Source of the DNA: a virus
DNA length: 64,000 nucleotides
Virus record (IMG/VR): IMGVR_UViG_3300023174_009221
Strand: one strand, 5' to 3'
Each line of letters opens with the position of its first letter. Position 1 is the stretch's first letter. The position numbers and the translations under genes are program-made. The notes beneath the pieces are model-generated. The model was not told the origin of the DNA and did no database searches. It saw only the letters and a program-made list of their open reading frames with translations. Of the stretch, positions 49,350 to 59,814 are shown one piece after another.

Positions 49350-52142
49350 ATGGATATTTCTCAAGATTTGACAACGGGTATAATTACATTTTCAAACAAA
49401 TTTGACGTAAATAAGATTACAACTATCCCACTTGTACTACCATCAGAAGATGGTGGTTTTGAGAGTTCACCGATTTCAGGAACTGCTGGATTCCAAGCTA
49501 ATGGTTGGACAGTTGTAAATGACACCACTAGTCAATGGTTTGTAGGAGTGACAGGAGCCACTGGTCAATCGCAATTTGGAGCTTATATTTCATCAAATGG
49601 CGGACTAAGTGCCACTTATGGGAAAACAAGTTCAGTAAGTTGGTTTTACAGAGATATTAATCTACCACCGTATTCAAAAAAGATAGACCTGACATTTGAT
49701 TTAAAAGTAGGCGGTGATTCATTTTATGATAAAGTTAGGGTTTTCAATCTACCCTCTGATTATAATTTGCTACCAGGAAAATTTATTTCTGGTCACTTAG
49801 AGGAATTTTCGAATGTTGGCTGGAAAAAAATAAAATTGTCGTCAAATCTAAACTTCTCTACGGCTACTCAATCGAGAAAGATAGCTTTTGGTTGGAATAA
49901 TAATAAAGGTGTCCAATTTGGAGATAGCGCTAAAATCGACAACATAGAAATTTCAGTAGACTGCGCATACCAAGACTTAAATTCTCCTCCAATTTTTACA
50001 AGCCCGGGTCAAGAATTTGTTTTAAGCTTTCCGGAACAACAATTTGTTAAAAACTTAAAATCTTTTAATTATGATACACTAGGCATCAACCAAGAAAGAT
50101 ATTTAATACCTTATTATAGAATCTCAAGAGATAGTCTATCATGGACAGAATGGACAACCATAAAGACAAATTTTGATGACTTTCCAAAAATTGATCCACT
50201 TGATCCGTTTTATCTTGAAATAAAATGGATAAGAAAAGGAACATCTGATATAGGCATTATTAGACTAATTGAATATAAAATAGAAGGCCAACTTGAAAGA
50301 GAAATTCAAGAAGAAGATGGGGTTACCACTTTGGTGCAAAAAGATAAATCAATTGTGATAAAACCACCCTTTATCTATAAAGTTTTTAAAATATTTGACA
50401 CAGAAATTATATCATCAACTGGCATACCAGAGGGTTGTAAAGTATCATACAGGTATTCTCAAGACAACTCTAAAAGTTGGTCAAAATGGGAACCTTTTGA
50501 TAAACAACACATCACAACTATTAGAATAAATCCTATCAGATTTTTTCAAATAGAGTATTTAATCGAAAATAATTCGCAAATCCCTGTCAGTATTCAGGAC
50601 ATAAATTTAATAGGTGATTTTCAAAACGTCACAGAAGACTATAAAAAAACAAATCTTTTTGGTATAAGACAATGTTGCCAATCAAATATAATGGGAACTT
50701 ATGACCAAAACGGAGTATTTATACCAAACACAACGCTTAATCAAACCGGCGGTCAGGGTGGACCAGGTTGTGACCCAAATATTAGTTCACTTCCACAAAT
50801 GACAACCGATGAAAAAGCCGGTTTATACAACCCTTATCAACAGAGTCAGGCTATGAATCTTCTACAAAAGTTGTCTAATGATTCCCAGATGATATTTGGA
50901 CACCGTGTTATCTATTTTGCCACCGACCCAGATAAAAAAGGAACCGATCATATTATAAACGAATATCAGTTGTTTAATGTTGTTTGCGAAGGTGAATTAA
51001 AAATATCGGTGGATAATAATCAATTTCCAGACTCGCAGATTGTTATGAATCAATTTGACTTGAATTTATTTGAAACATTCCAAGTTCATGTAACAAAACA
51101 ACAGTTTAAAGAATTATTTGGTCCACAAAGAAGACCAGCAAAAGAAGATTTTCTCTATTTTTGCGACTTAAATAGGATGTATTCTGTAGATCACGCTCAA
51201 CAATTTAGAAATTTTAACAACGCGGCTGTTTATTACAAATTGGTGCTGAAAAAATACAACAGAACAGCAAACATCGACTACGCAGACAACAACATCAAAA
51301 ATACTGTTAGTAACCTTACTAAAAATACAACTATTGATGAGTTATTTTCACCAGAAATTACAGAACAAAAAGACGCAATTGCTAATAAAAATCAAAATCA
51401 GCCTCTTACAAGAGAACCAATAAGGTTGGAATACTTAGCAGAAATTAGTAAAGAACTAATTGAGAATTCATCTACAATTATTTCAAAATCTCATTACGAT
51501 TTATCATCAGTAAAGTTTGGTGATGTTGCGGTAAGGTATAAAAACTTAAAAACGGTATTCAATTCAACCAGCAATTTTGGCTTTTATTGTTGGTTTAATT
51601 TAAATAATTATATCCAAGATGAATCGTATAATCTATTTCACTTTTTTGACAGACTAAATATAAAAGGGTGGAAAGTGAATTTAATAAATGATCAAATAAA
51701 CCTACAAATGGAAAATGACGTTTACACCTGGAACTTAAAATCGTCTCCAACAGGTGACACCACCGCATTATCAGAAGAGACTTGGTATTGCTATGTAATA
51801 AACATAGACCAAAGAAATAGCCAAGTTTCACAGTGGATTTACAAAAGAGACGTAGAAGAAGAAGAACAAGCATCAACGTTATTCTTTACAACTTTAAGAA
51901 AAGTCTATGATAATACTCAATCGATTTCGACCATTTCATTTGAAGTAGATGGATTTGCTCCAGAAATTTTAGCTTCTGATATGAAAATGACTAACATTCG
52001 TCTATTTAACGATATTATACCAGAAACAACACACAACAAAATTTTGAATCAATATATTATCGGAGATGACTCTAAATATTTAATTTTTGCAGATAATGCA
52101 ACTACTAGGATTTATTTACCTAAATTTCCGCTTTTTGAGTGA
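49350..52142 (+). CDS. gp14-like neck protein with extra N-terminal beta domains and C-terminal LamG-like domain
   Basis: SQMIFGHRVIYF, FKELFG..RRPAKEDFLYF, YYKLVLKKY core; FYCWF..TWYCYVIN..TNIRLFN at the C-terminus; TTAATATATA at 49335-49344. Confidence 0.65.
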   Translation: MDISQDLTTGIITFSNKFDVNKITTIPLVLPSEDGGFESSPISGTAGFQANGWTVVNDTTSQWFVGVTGATGQSQFGAYISSNGGLSATYGKTSSVSWFYRDINLPPYSKKIDLTFDLKVGGDSFYDKVRVFNLPSDYNLLPGKFISGHLEEFSNVGWKKIKLSSNLNFSTATQSRKIAFGWNNNKGVQFGDSAKIDNIEISVDCAYQDLNSPPIFTSPGQEFVLSFPEQQFVKNLKSFNYDTLGINQERYLIPYYRISRDSLSWTEWTTIKTNFDDFPKIDPLDPFYLEIKWIRKGTSDIGIIRLIEYKIEGQLEREIQEEDGVTTLVQKDKSIVIKPPFIYKVFKIFDTEIISSTGIPEGCKVSYRYSQDNSKSWSKWEPFDKQHITTIRINPIRFFQIEYLIENNSQIPVSIQDINLIGDFQNVTEDYKKTNLFGIRQCCQSNIMGTYDQNGVFIPNTTLNQTGGQGGPGCDPNISSLPQMTTDEKAGLYNPYQQSQAMNLLQKLSNDSQMIFGHRVIYFATDPDKKGTDHIINEYQLFNVVCEGELKISVDNNQFPDSQIVMNQFDLNLFETFQVHVTKQQFKELFGPQRRPAKEDFLYFCDLNRMYSVDHAQQFRNFNNAAVYYKLVLKKYNRTANIDYADNNIKNTVSNLTKNTTIDELFSPEITEQKDAIANKNQNQPLTREPIRLEYLAEISKELIENSSTIISKSHYDLSSVKFGDVAVRYKNLKTVFNSTSNFGFYCWFNLNNYIQDESYNLFHFFDRLNIKGWKVNLINDQINLQMENDVYTWNLKSSPTGDTTALSEETWYCYVINIDQRNSQVSQWIYKRDVEEEEQASTLFFTTLRKVYDNTQSISTISFEVDGFAPEILASDMKMTNIRLFNDIIPETTHNKILNQYIIGDDSKYLIFADNATTRIYLPKFPLFE

Positions 52143-52143
52143 T

Positions 52144-52326
52144 TTAAGAGTTTTGAGTTCCAGAATCCTTTTGAATTTTCTTCTTTTTCCAAATTTCTAT
52201 ATCCTGTTCCATAAATCTCCTCAGTCTTTTTGAAGCATTCATGGAATTCTCATCACAAAATTGCTTATATTCTTCTAATAATTTTTCCGATACTCTGATT
52301 GCGAACATTTTATCTTTTGATGCCAT
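52144..52326 (-). CDS. ribbon-helix-helix (CopG/Arc-like) DNA-binding protein
   Basis: MFAIRVSEKLLEEYKQFCDENSMNASKRLRRFM. Confidence 0.75.
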   Translation of the reverse strand: MASKDKMFAIRVSEKLLEEYKQFCDENSMNASKRLRRFMEQDIEIWKKKKIQKDSGTQNS

Positions 52327-52389
52327 TGATTTATATTTTTTAAGATATATATAAATGTATGGACATTCCCAGTAATCAAATCGGATAAA

Positions 52390-52980
52390 TTAAATATTTC
52401 TTAGAAAATTAAAATCTTCAATCTCTAAATTACCTAAGTCGGTAGTAGGTGTTTTTCTACCACTTAATCTAAATCCAAATCTATTAAAAAACGCTACAAG
52501 TTGTCGCACATTTGAATCTTCAAAAGCAAATAGAGTATTACTTGGGTCAAACTTTGAACCATAACTGGTTTGTTGAAAACAATTAACTCCGCTTTTTTCA
52601 TCAATAGTAAACTCACAAGCCATTTCATCACCAAAAGTGATGTCAACATCTAATCTTAAATTTTTATTTTTTGTAAGATCCTCATTTTCATAACTCAAAG
52701 ATCCAGAACTAACCACGGTTGTTGAATCAGCATATGATTTTTCAGTGTCATACTGTGCCATATAGATATCAATTTCAAGTGTATCAGGAGCCCCCTCACC
52801 TTCAAAATAGTAGGTTATTTGTATCATATCGCTATTTAACATAATATTTCCTCGAGTATAGCGGACTCTTTGAATTTCATTATATTGGCCTTTAATAACT
52901 ATTATTTGATTTGGCAGAAAAGATTCCCAGGCCGGATCATAAATGTAAAGTCTTTCATTAAATCTCTTTAAATATTTCAT
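52390..52980 (-). CDS. tagged late protein (MKYLKRFNE), paralogue of the 46559..47971 N-domain
   Basis: Shares VDIT[FY]GD.MACEF and flanking motifs. Confidence 0.75.
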   Translation of the reverse strand: MKYLKRFNERLYIYDPAWESFLPNQIIVIKGQYNEIQRVRYTRGNIMLNSDMIQITYYFEGEGAPDTLEIDIYMAQYDTEKSYADSTTVVSSGSLSYENEDLTKNKNLRLDVDITFGDEMACEFTIDEKSGVNCFQQTSYGSKFDPSNTLFAFEDSNVRQLVAFFNRFGFRLSGRKTPTTDLGNLEIEDFNFLRNI

Positions 52981-52990
52981 ATCTCTTAGT

Positions 52991-53006
52991 TTTAATATAT
53001 ATTAAA
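52991..53006. promoter_or_regulatory. palindromic, bidirectional TTAATATATA motif
   Basis: TTTAATATATATTAAA is a perfect 16-bp palindrome between two divergent tagged genes. Confidence 0.7.
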
Positions 53007-53007
53007 T

Positions 53008-53451
53008 ATGAAATATTTAAGAAAGATATTTGAAAATAACGAAAAAACAATCAAATATGTAGGGGATTGCTTTTTAGATATTTGTGAAAATCCAAACTTT
53101 GAAGTTGATGATTTAGTAGAAATTGATAGTCCAGTCGAGATTGCTCAAACTTTACACGACTTAGAAACTAGTAAAAACCTATCAATCGGTGACGTGATGG
53201 TCTTAAAACTACATATAGAATTGGGTAAAAAATTATCTTTTTCACAACCTATTAGTTCAAATCTTTATATCGGAAAAGTTAAAACTGATCTAGAATTTTT
53301 AAGAATGAAAAATGATAAATTGACTGAGTTATATAATGACATAGAAGTGGCTTTAAATAGAATAAAAGATGTATTTGATTGGAAGTCTGATTTTATAATA
53401 AAAGCTAATAGAAGAGAAGAAATTGATATCATAATACTAATTATAAAATAA
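53008..53451 (+). CDS. tagged late protein (MKYLRKIFEN)
   Basis: 147-aa ORF after the palindromic motif. Confidence 0.75.
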   Translation: MKYLRKIFENNEKTIKYVGDCFLDICENPNFEVDDLVEIDSPVEIAQTLHDLETSKNLSIGDVMVLKLHIELGKKLSFSQPISSNLYIGKVKTDLEFLRMKNDKLTELYNDIEVALNRIKDVFDWKSDFIIKANRREEIDIIILIIK

Positions 53452-53463
53452 AATTTAAAAATC

Positions 53464-53829
53464 ATGCAAAGACCACAGACAACAATTATTGACCAACAAC
53501 AAGTAGAATCTGAAAGAGAAGTCACCGGATGGGAAGCAGAGCAGTTGCTTAGAAAGTATGGACATCAACCTCAACAATTTTCTTCATTACCAATAGTCGA
53601 ACAACCGACACAAGATCAAAATTTAACCTTTGAAGAAATGTTGAAAGTAGAAGAAGATAAAAGAAGAGATTTAATTCTAAAACAACAGCAAAGAATCAAC
53701 GGACCAAAGCCGGTCACTTTTGATGGCTCTCGCGGTTACGATTCAGAGATTAAATATTCACAGGACGAAGATTCTGGATTTGGCTTCAAAGTTGAAATTA
53801 CTTCTGATATGAAAATTCCAAAATATTAA
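53464..53829 (+). CDS. hypothetical protein
   Basis: 121-aa Q/E-rich ORF. Confidence 0.7.
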   Translation: MQRPQTTIIDQQQVESEREVTGWEAEQLLRKYGHQPQQFSSLPIVEQPTQDQNLTFEEMLKVEEDKRRDLILKQQQRINGPKPVTFDGSRGYDSEIKYSQDEDSGFGFKVEITSDMKIPKY

Positions 53830-54434
53830 ATTTTTTGAAAAACCACAATATCATCAATTTCAACTTTTTTGACACCCGACAACTCGGTCAATATACCATG
53901 CATACCAATACCAGCATTTTTATTTTCGATAAGCAATGCTCCAGAAGATATTTCTTCAATAACCTTTTGGTAAAACTTTCTTAATTTTTCAAGAGTCTTG
54001 AAAGGGGTAAAACAATAAACAATATTAAAATTAGAATAATCAAAATCCATAATATCACCGTCTACAACAGTTAAATTATTTTGCCAAAAATCTAATAATT
54101 TATTTTTTAGAAAATCTAAATAAGTTTTTTCTTTTTCAATTCCGGTAAAGAAGAACTTTTTTCCATCATTAAATAATTTAGACTGTAGGTAAATATCAAA
54201 TAAGGCAACTCCCAGTCCTATCCCACAATCACAAATTTGATTATTTTCTAATAAAAGACCCCTTTCATCTAATCTTTGAAGTAAAAAAATATTTTGTTCG
54301 ATATTTGACATAACATAGTGCCACTCTTCATTTGCTAAAAAATTATCTTTTGATGAGTCGAATTCAGTCCACTGTGTTTTTGAGAGCTGATAATATTTGA
54401 TGAGTAATTGATTGGGTTCCACTTCTTCTACCAT
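53826..54434 (-). CDS. class I SAM-dependent methyltransferase
   Basis: ICDCGIGLG, FTGIE, VDGDI, IVYCFTPF; start reassigned to ATG 54434. Confidence 0.75.
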   Translation of the reverse strand: MVEEVEPNQLLIKYYQLSKTQWTEFDSSKDNFLANEEWHYVMSNIEQNIFLLQRLDERGLLLENNQICDCGIGLGVALFDIYLQSKLFNDGKKFFFTGIEKEKTYLDFLKNKLLDFWQNNLTVVDGDIMDFDYSNFNIVYCFTPFKTLEKLRKFYQKVIEEISSGALLIENKNAGIGMHGILTELSGVKKVEIDDIVVFQKI

Positions 54435-54519
54435 ACGATTATAATATAATTTTTGAAATAAGTTTATCAAATAAGAGTTTAATAAATAATATATACACCA
54501 TAAAAATAAAATCATTTTA

Positions 54520-57500
54520 ATGAGTTATATATCATTTGGTTCGTCCTTTTCATTTGCTACTTCCGCTACGCCTTCAGGATGGTTATTAGGTTATGATGTA
54601 GATGGAATACTTAAACAAAAAGATTCTTCTGGAAACATAACACTTGTTGGAGGAGGACCAACAGCAGGAAACTTAGGCACATACTCACTTAGTGATATTC
54701 TATCAATTGGAAACAACACATCGAATCAAAATATTATTTTTGGAACGCAAACCTATTTGAAAAGTTCTAACGGGGGTGGAAAAATTGAATTAGATTATTT
54801 AGGTTTGACAAATTCCATTTTATTATCAACCGATAATAGCGCACTTGGTGAATCTGGTTTACTTTTACAGAATTCTGTGGTTAATCTCTTCTCAAAAGCA
54901 TATAAATCGGCTATTAATTTTGGAGGCAGTGGAAATAACATTTCTATCTACAATTTAAATCCAGGTGGCTGGATTTCAATTGGAGTTGATTCTACACTTA
55001 ATTATTCACAAATAGACGAAATTAAAGTCATGGATAACACATCACTTACCGCATCAACGGGTAATAGTGACAAATCAGCTGTATTAATTGGAACAAAAAA
55101 CTCAAAAATATATCCAGGTGTTTCAAATACGGTAATATTAGGTGGAGATAACATTGTAGCGTCTCAGTCTAATTCAGTTTATGTTCCAGACTTATATTTT
55201 GGTGTGAATAACTCGATTAGATCAACTGGTTCAGACACGATGTTTACACTAAGTGAAGGTAATGGCTTAACGATTTTAGACCGAAATATGTTTAATTACG
55301 ACAAAGCTTGGGTTGTTTTAGGAACTGATTGGAATCCGCTACTCTTTCCACTTTCACCTAAACAATACAGGGAGCTGATAGACATAGGTGTTAACTCTGA
55401 TCCTGGTTCTGGAACCAATTCGATTATTGTAATTTCAAATACTAAAGGACCCACATTTGCTTGGGTTGAATACTCTTCGCTAATAATGGATAAAAGTGAT
55501 TTAACGATTAGCTCATCTGACCCCGATACGACTTATGATACGATTAAATTGAATCTTAATGCTGAAATTGGAACAGCTAAAATATCAGGCCCAATATCAA
55601 CATTTAAAGGGTTAGAATACACAGATGATTATTCTCTAAATTTCTCAACACATTCATTAGTAGATAAAAATTATGTTACAAGTATTTTATCCAATCCGAA
55701 TTTATCTACTGTCTTAACATCAGGAAATGACTCTGGTGTGAAAGATATTATTATGGGAACCGGAACGGTTATAAAATCCAACAATGGAGGCGGTCAATTA
55801 GACTTGGACTTTTCAAGCACATCAGACGACGTTTTGATATCGACCGATTCAGGAGCACTTTCTCAAGCTTATGTTTATTTACAAGGAAATAACATACAAA
55901 TAGAAGCCCCTGGTCAATTTGATTTGACTGCCAATTCGGCCTATATTGATACAGGGGATTCACTTGGTTTGCAATACTCAAATTCTTTTGAATCGACATT
56001 TGTAACCTACTCACTTGTATCAAAAAGATATGTCGATTTAGGAACAGCTTCAATTTGGAATGTTTTGTCTTTGTCTGCAACAGGTTCTGGATCAACTAAT
56101 TATGTTCCTAAATGGAAATCTTCACAAAATTTATCTTCAACATCATCTGTTTATATTACTGATGCTATAGCAAAAGATACATTTTCTACGCTAAATTGCG
56201 GAAATAGACCTATTGGCGTTGAATATGATGGATATAATAATTTAATTTGGGTCACAAACGCACTTTCAAATAATTTATCTATATTCAACTCAGACACTTT
56301 ACAAATAGTAGCCACTGTATCAGTTGGTAACTATCCAATATCAATAAGTTGGGACTCAGTAAATAATCAGATGTTTGTAGCAAACCAAAACTCAGACAAT
56401 GTTTCGGTTATTGATACGGTTACAAAAGCAGTCACGGCTACAATTTCAGTTGGAAACTTTCCTACCGGTGTAATTGTCGACAATAGTAACGGCTTAACGT
56501 TTGTTTCCAATCAAATTGGAGCTTCGGTAAGTGTAATTAACAACAACTCACTTTCAATTACCTCTTCTATATCAATAGCTACCCCAAGACAGTTTACAAT
56601 AGATTCTGATAACGGAAATCTTTGGGTCACTGGAGTTGGTCCAGATTTTATCGCAAAAGTAGATATAAATACACTGACCATAAGTTCAACAGTTTCGGTT
56701 GGAACAAACCCGTATGGGGCGACCTGGGATAAATATGGTGGCAAAATATATGTATCAAACTATGTATCAAACAACGTATCAGTTATTGACACTACAAGCG
56801 ACACAATAGTAGCAACGGTATCTGTTGGTAATAACCCAGATGGAGTTTTATATGACGGAGTAAACAAAAGAGTTTATGTTGCCTGTAGCGGCTCTGGTGT
56901 GGTATCAGTAATTGATACTTTATCAGATACTGTTATCTCATCAATTTTGGTTAATAATTCACCAAAAGAATTTGCCTATGACTTAAAAAACAGTAGAGTG
57001 GCTGTTTCTAATTCAACTGTGAACACTTTACAACTCATTGAAACAATTGATAAACAAGATTTTGTTGGAATAAACACTCATCTACCAACTTCTAAATTAG
57101 ATGTCAGGGGCAGAATCACAACAGAAGAACTTAGAATTTCAACAGGAGCAGTCAATGGATATATTTTGGTTTCTGATGACGCAGGTATTGCAAGTTGGAC
57201 ATCTTCGAATTTTACTTTTTCTAGCACAAGTGGTACTAGCGGAACTTCACCAGCAATCAACACACAAATGAACTGGTCTAATTCAAATAACTCCTATCAA
57301 CAGTTGACAATTTTCGGAGTTACTGCAAACGGATCAATGATAGGAGCAACAGGTGGATTTTACTTTACACCACAATCTACCGGTGATGTTTGGGTATCAT
57401 ATCAGTTTTCAGGCGAACCACAAGATGATGCCATTATTCAACTAAGATATGGAACTGGAACCGCACCTCAAGATGGCGACCCAACATCAGGGGCTCCAAC

Positions 57501-59814
57501 ATCTGAAAAAGCTTTAAAATACATTGGTGGTGACGCTATGGAAATTAATACGATAATTTCCGGCCTCACAGCATCTACTCAATACTGGTTTGCGCTTTCA
57601 ATAAAACCATCGAGCGTAGCTAGTATATACTTTATATATGATTACATAAATGCCTCGGCTATTGAGTTATCTGGAGCAGCTGGTGCCACAGGAAATTCAG
57701 GAACAAGTGGAACATCTGGATTAAGTGGAACTTCAGGAGTTAATGGAACTTCTGGGATATCGGGTTCATCAGGAAGTTCCGGAGTATCGGGTTCATCAGG
57801 AAGTTCCGGAGTATCGGGTTCATCAGGAAGTTCCGGAGTATCGGGTTCATCAGGAAGTTCCGGAGTATCGGGTTCATCAGGAAGTTCCGGTTCATCAGGG
57901 ACCTCTGCAACTTCTGGAACTTCTGGTTCTTCTTTTGCCTGGAAAAATTCTTGGAGTCCATTTACAACATACAATATAAACGATGTTGTTGAGTATGTAG
58001 GCAGCTCTTACATTTGTCTTGCGAATGGGACAAATGGAACACCTCCGCCTCCTTTAAATTCTTCTTGGGCATTGGTGTCACAAGCCGGGACTTCTGGCTC
58101 ATCTGGAACTTCAGGAGTTAATGGAACTTCTGGTATAAATGGAACTTCTGGTATCTCAGGCACATCTGGAACCTCAGGCATCGGTTCATCTGGAACTTCT
58201 GGAACTTCCGGAGTATTGTCACTATCAGGAACAACCGACAATGGTCTAATAACTCTGGACGGTTCAGCTCCGAACGGAACAGTAGAATCAAATTTGACAT
58301 TTGATGGAAATACACTATCGGTATTTGGAGGGTTAGTAGTAAGCGGAGGATTTACTGTAAGTGGTTCGTCTACAGTTATTAATACCACTAATTTAAGTGT
58401 TCAAGACCCTATTATACTTCTAGCATCAACACAATCTGGCACACCAACACTTGACTCTGGTATCTTTATATCAAGAGGAAGTGGTCAAACTCAATCACTT
58501 ATCTGGGATGAATCAGATGATGTTTTTGCATTCATTAAAACCAATGACTCAAGTTCGGTGATTGGTAATGTGGCAATAGATTCTTATTCTGATTTGAGAG
58601 TTGCCAATTTATCAGTAGAAGGATTTAAATTGACCGCAACTCCAAGTAACGGATACTTTTTACAATCCGACGCATCTGGAAACGGAAGTTGGGTTCAATT
58701 ATCATCAATTCAAGGCTCAGGGACATCAAGTTATCTACCGAAATGGTCTTCTGCAACTGGATTAACTAACTCATTGATTTATGACAATGGAAGCAGGGTA
58801 AGTATTGGAACTACCTCAGCAAACACAGAATCGGTGTTTCATATAAGAACATCCACTCAAGGTAGAAGAAACTTCTATATACAAGACACAGCAAACAACA
58901 CATCATCGGCTTTTAACCAATCTTATGGTCTTTACACCGATATGAGTAATTCAGGAACAAGTAGTTATGGCGTTTATAATCAAGTTACGGGGTCAACAGT
59001 TAACAACTACGGTATCTATAATTACATATCGAGTTCAACTAACAGTTACGGGCTTTATAACTCACTTTCATCAACTGGAACTAAATATGGACTCTATAAT
59101 TCATCCCAAGCAACCGGAGTTGTATATGGGGTCTATAACACGTTTGTATCAAACTCTGGGACAAAATATGGATCATACACTTTTCTTGGCGAAGGCGGAA
59201 GTCCAACAAACACAACCACCACTTATGGATCATATACACTAATACATTCAGGTCAAAACACCTATGGTCAATATATTTATACTAGTCCTGGTCTACCTAA
59301 TTCAAACAACAGAGGTCAATATATCCGAATGTCAACCACTGCTTCAAATTGGGGTCAACAAATATGGATAGATGGTCCAGGAAGTGGAACAGGTTCATAT
59401 ATTCAAGTTTCGGGAACCGGATCTCTTAATTATGGTGTCTACATCGACTCATATTCAGCTTCAACTAATTATGGATTGGTTGTAAATAAAGGAACATCAA
59501 TATTTAATGAATCATCCCTAGACAACGATTTCAAAATAAAGGGAATAACAAATTCAAACTTATTCTTTGTCGATGCCTCAAATGATAATATCGGTATAGG
59601 AACATCAACTCCGAACGCAAGTGCGATACTACACATCAGTTCAACCACATCAGGTTTCTTACCACCAGTAATGACAGGTTCGCAAGCAGAAGCAATAGTC
59701 GGACCAACAGAAGGACTATTAGTTTATGCAAATGCAGGTGATGGTGCTTTAATAACACAAAAGGGTTGGTGGGGATATAATGGGGCTACTTGGAGTAAAC
59801 TAAATAATTTCTAA
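54520..59814 (+). CDS. long mosaic tail fibre / receptor-binding protein with YVTN beta-propeller and Ser/Thr-Gly triplet repeats
   Basis: VATVSVGNxP blades; (SGT/SGS)n tracts; IGIGTSTP trimer motifs; YGxYN repeats; TAATATATA at 54487-54495. Confidence 0.8.
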   Translation: MSYISFGSSFSFATSATPSGWLLGYDVDGILKQKDSSGNITLVGGGPTAGNLGTYSLSDILSIGNNTSNQNIIFGTQTYLKSSNGGGKIELDYLGLTNSILLSTDNSALGESGLLLQNSVVNLFSKAYKSAINFGGSGNNISIYNLNPGGWISIGVDSTLNYSQIDEIKVMDNTSLTASTGNSDKSAVLIGTKNSKIYPGVSNTVILGGDNIVASQSNSVYVPDLYFGVNNSIRSTGSDTMFTLSEGNGLTILDRNMFNYDKAWVVLGTDWNPLLFPLSPKQYRELIDIGVNSDPGSGTNSIIVISNTKGPTFAWVEYSSLIMDKSDLTISSSDPDTTYDTIKLNLNAEIGTAKISGPISTFKGLEYTDDYSLNFSTHSLVDKNYVTSILSNPNLSTVLTSGNDSGVKDIIMGTGTVIKSNNGGGQLDLDFSSTSDDVLISTDSGALSQAYVYLQGNNIQIEAPGQFDLTANSAYIDTGDSLGLQYSNSFESTFVTYSLVSKRYVDLGTASIWNVLSLSATGSGSTNYVPKWKSSQNLSSTSSVYITDAIAKDTFSTLNCGNRPIGVEYDGYNNLIWVTNALSNNLSIFNSDTLQIVATVSVGNYPISISWDSVNNQMFVANQNSDNVSVIDTVTKAVTATISVGNFPTGVIVDNSNGLTFVSNQIGASVSVINNNSLSITSSISIATPRQFTIDSDNGNLWVTGVGPDFIAKVDINTLTISSTVSVGTNPYGATWDKYGGKIYVSNYVSNNVSVIDTTSDTIVATVSVGNNPDGVLYDGVNKRVYVACSGSGVVSVIDTLSDTVISSILVNNSPKEFAYDLKNSRVAVSNSTVNTLQLIETIDKQDFVGINTHLPTSKLDVRGRITTEELRISTGAVNGYILVSDDAGIASWTSSNFTFSSTSGTSGTSPAINTQMNWSNSNNSYQQLTIFGVTANGSMIGATGGFYFTPQSTGDVWVSYQFSGEPQDDAIIQLRYGTGTAPQDGDPTSGAPTSEKALKYIGGDAMEINTIISGLTASTQYWFALSIKPSSVASIYFIYDYINASAIELSGAAGATGNSGTSGTSGLSGTSGVNGTSGISGSSGSSGVSGSSGSSGVSGSSGSSGVSGSSGSSGVSGSSGSSGSSGTSATSGTSGSSFAWKNSWSPFTTYNINDVVEYVGSSYICLANGTNGTPPPPLNSSWALVSQAGTSGSSGTSGVNGTSGINGTSGISGTSGTSGIGSSGTSGTSGVLSLSGTTDNGLITLDGSAPNGTVESNLTFDGNTLSVFGGLVVSGGFTVSGSSTVINTTNLSVQDPIILLASTQSGTPTLDSGIFISRGSGQTQSLIWDESDDVFAFIKTNDSSSVIGNVAIDSYSDLRVANLSVEGFKLTATPSNGYFLQSDASGNGSWVQLSSIQGSGTSSYLPKWSSATGLTNSLIYDNGSRVSIGTTSANTESVFHIRTSTQGRRNFYIQDTANNTSSAFNQSYGLYTDMSNSGTSSYGVYNQVTGSTVNNYGIYNYISSSTNSYGLYNSLSSTGTKYGLYNSSQATGVVYGVYNTFVSNSGTKYGSYTFLGEGGSPTNTTTTYGSYTLIHSGQNTYGQYIYTSPGLPNSNNRGQYIRMSTTASNWGQQIWIDGPGSGTGSYIQVSGTGSLNYGVYIDSYSASTNYGLVVNKGTSIFNESSLDNDFKIKGITNSNLFFVDASNDNIGIGTSTPNASAILHISSTTSGFLPPVMTGSQAEAIVGPTEGLLVYANAGDGALITQKGWWGYNGATWSKLNNF
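57760..57890 (+). repeat. perfect 27-bp tandem repeat, four full copies plus 23 nt, encoding SGSSGSSGV
   Basis: Unit TCGGGTTCATCAGGAAGTTCCGGAGTA at 57760, 57787, 57814, 57841 and partial at 57868. Confidence 0.95.

Noticed and set aside
57760-57890. 27-bp repeats as a CRISPR array
   Set aside because: Head-to-tail copies without spacers, in frame within a coding Ser/Gly tract
57642-58388. Antisense and shifted-frame ORFs with PELPDEPD or YRVHQEVPE repeats
   Set aside because: Shadows of the Ser/Gly repeat in the fibre gene
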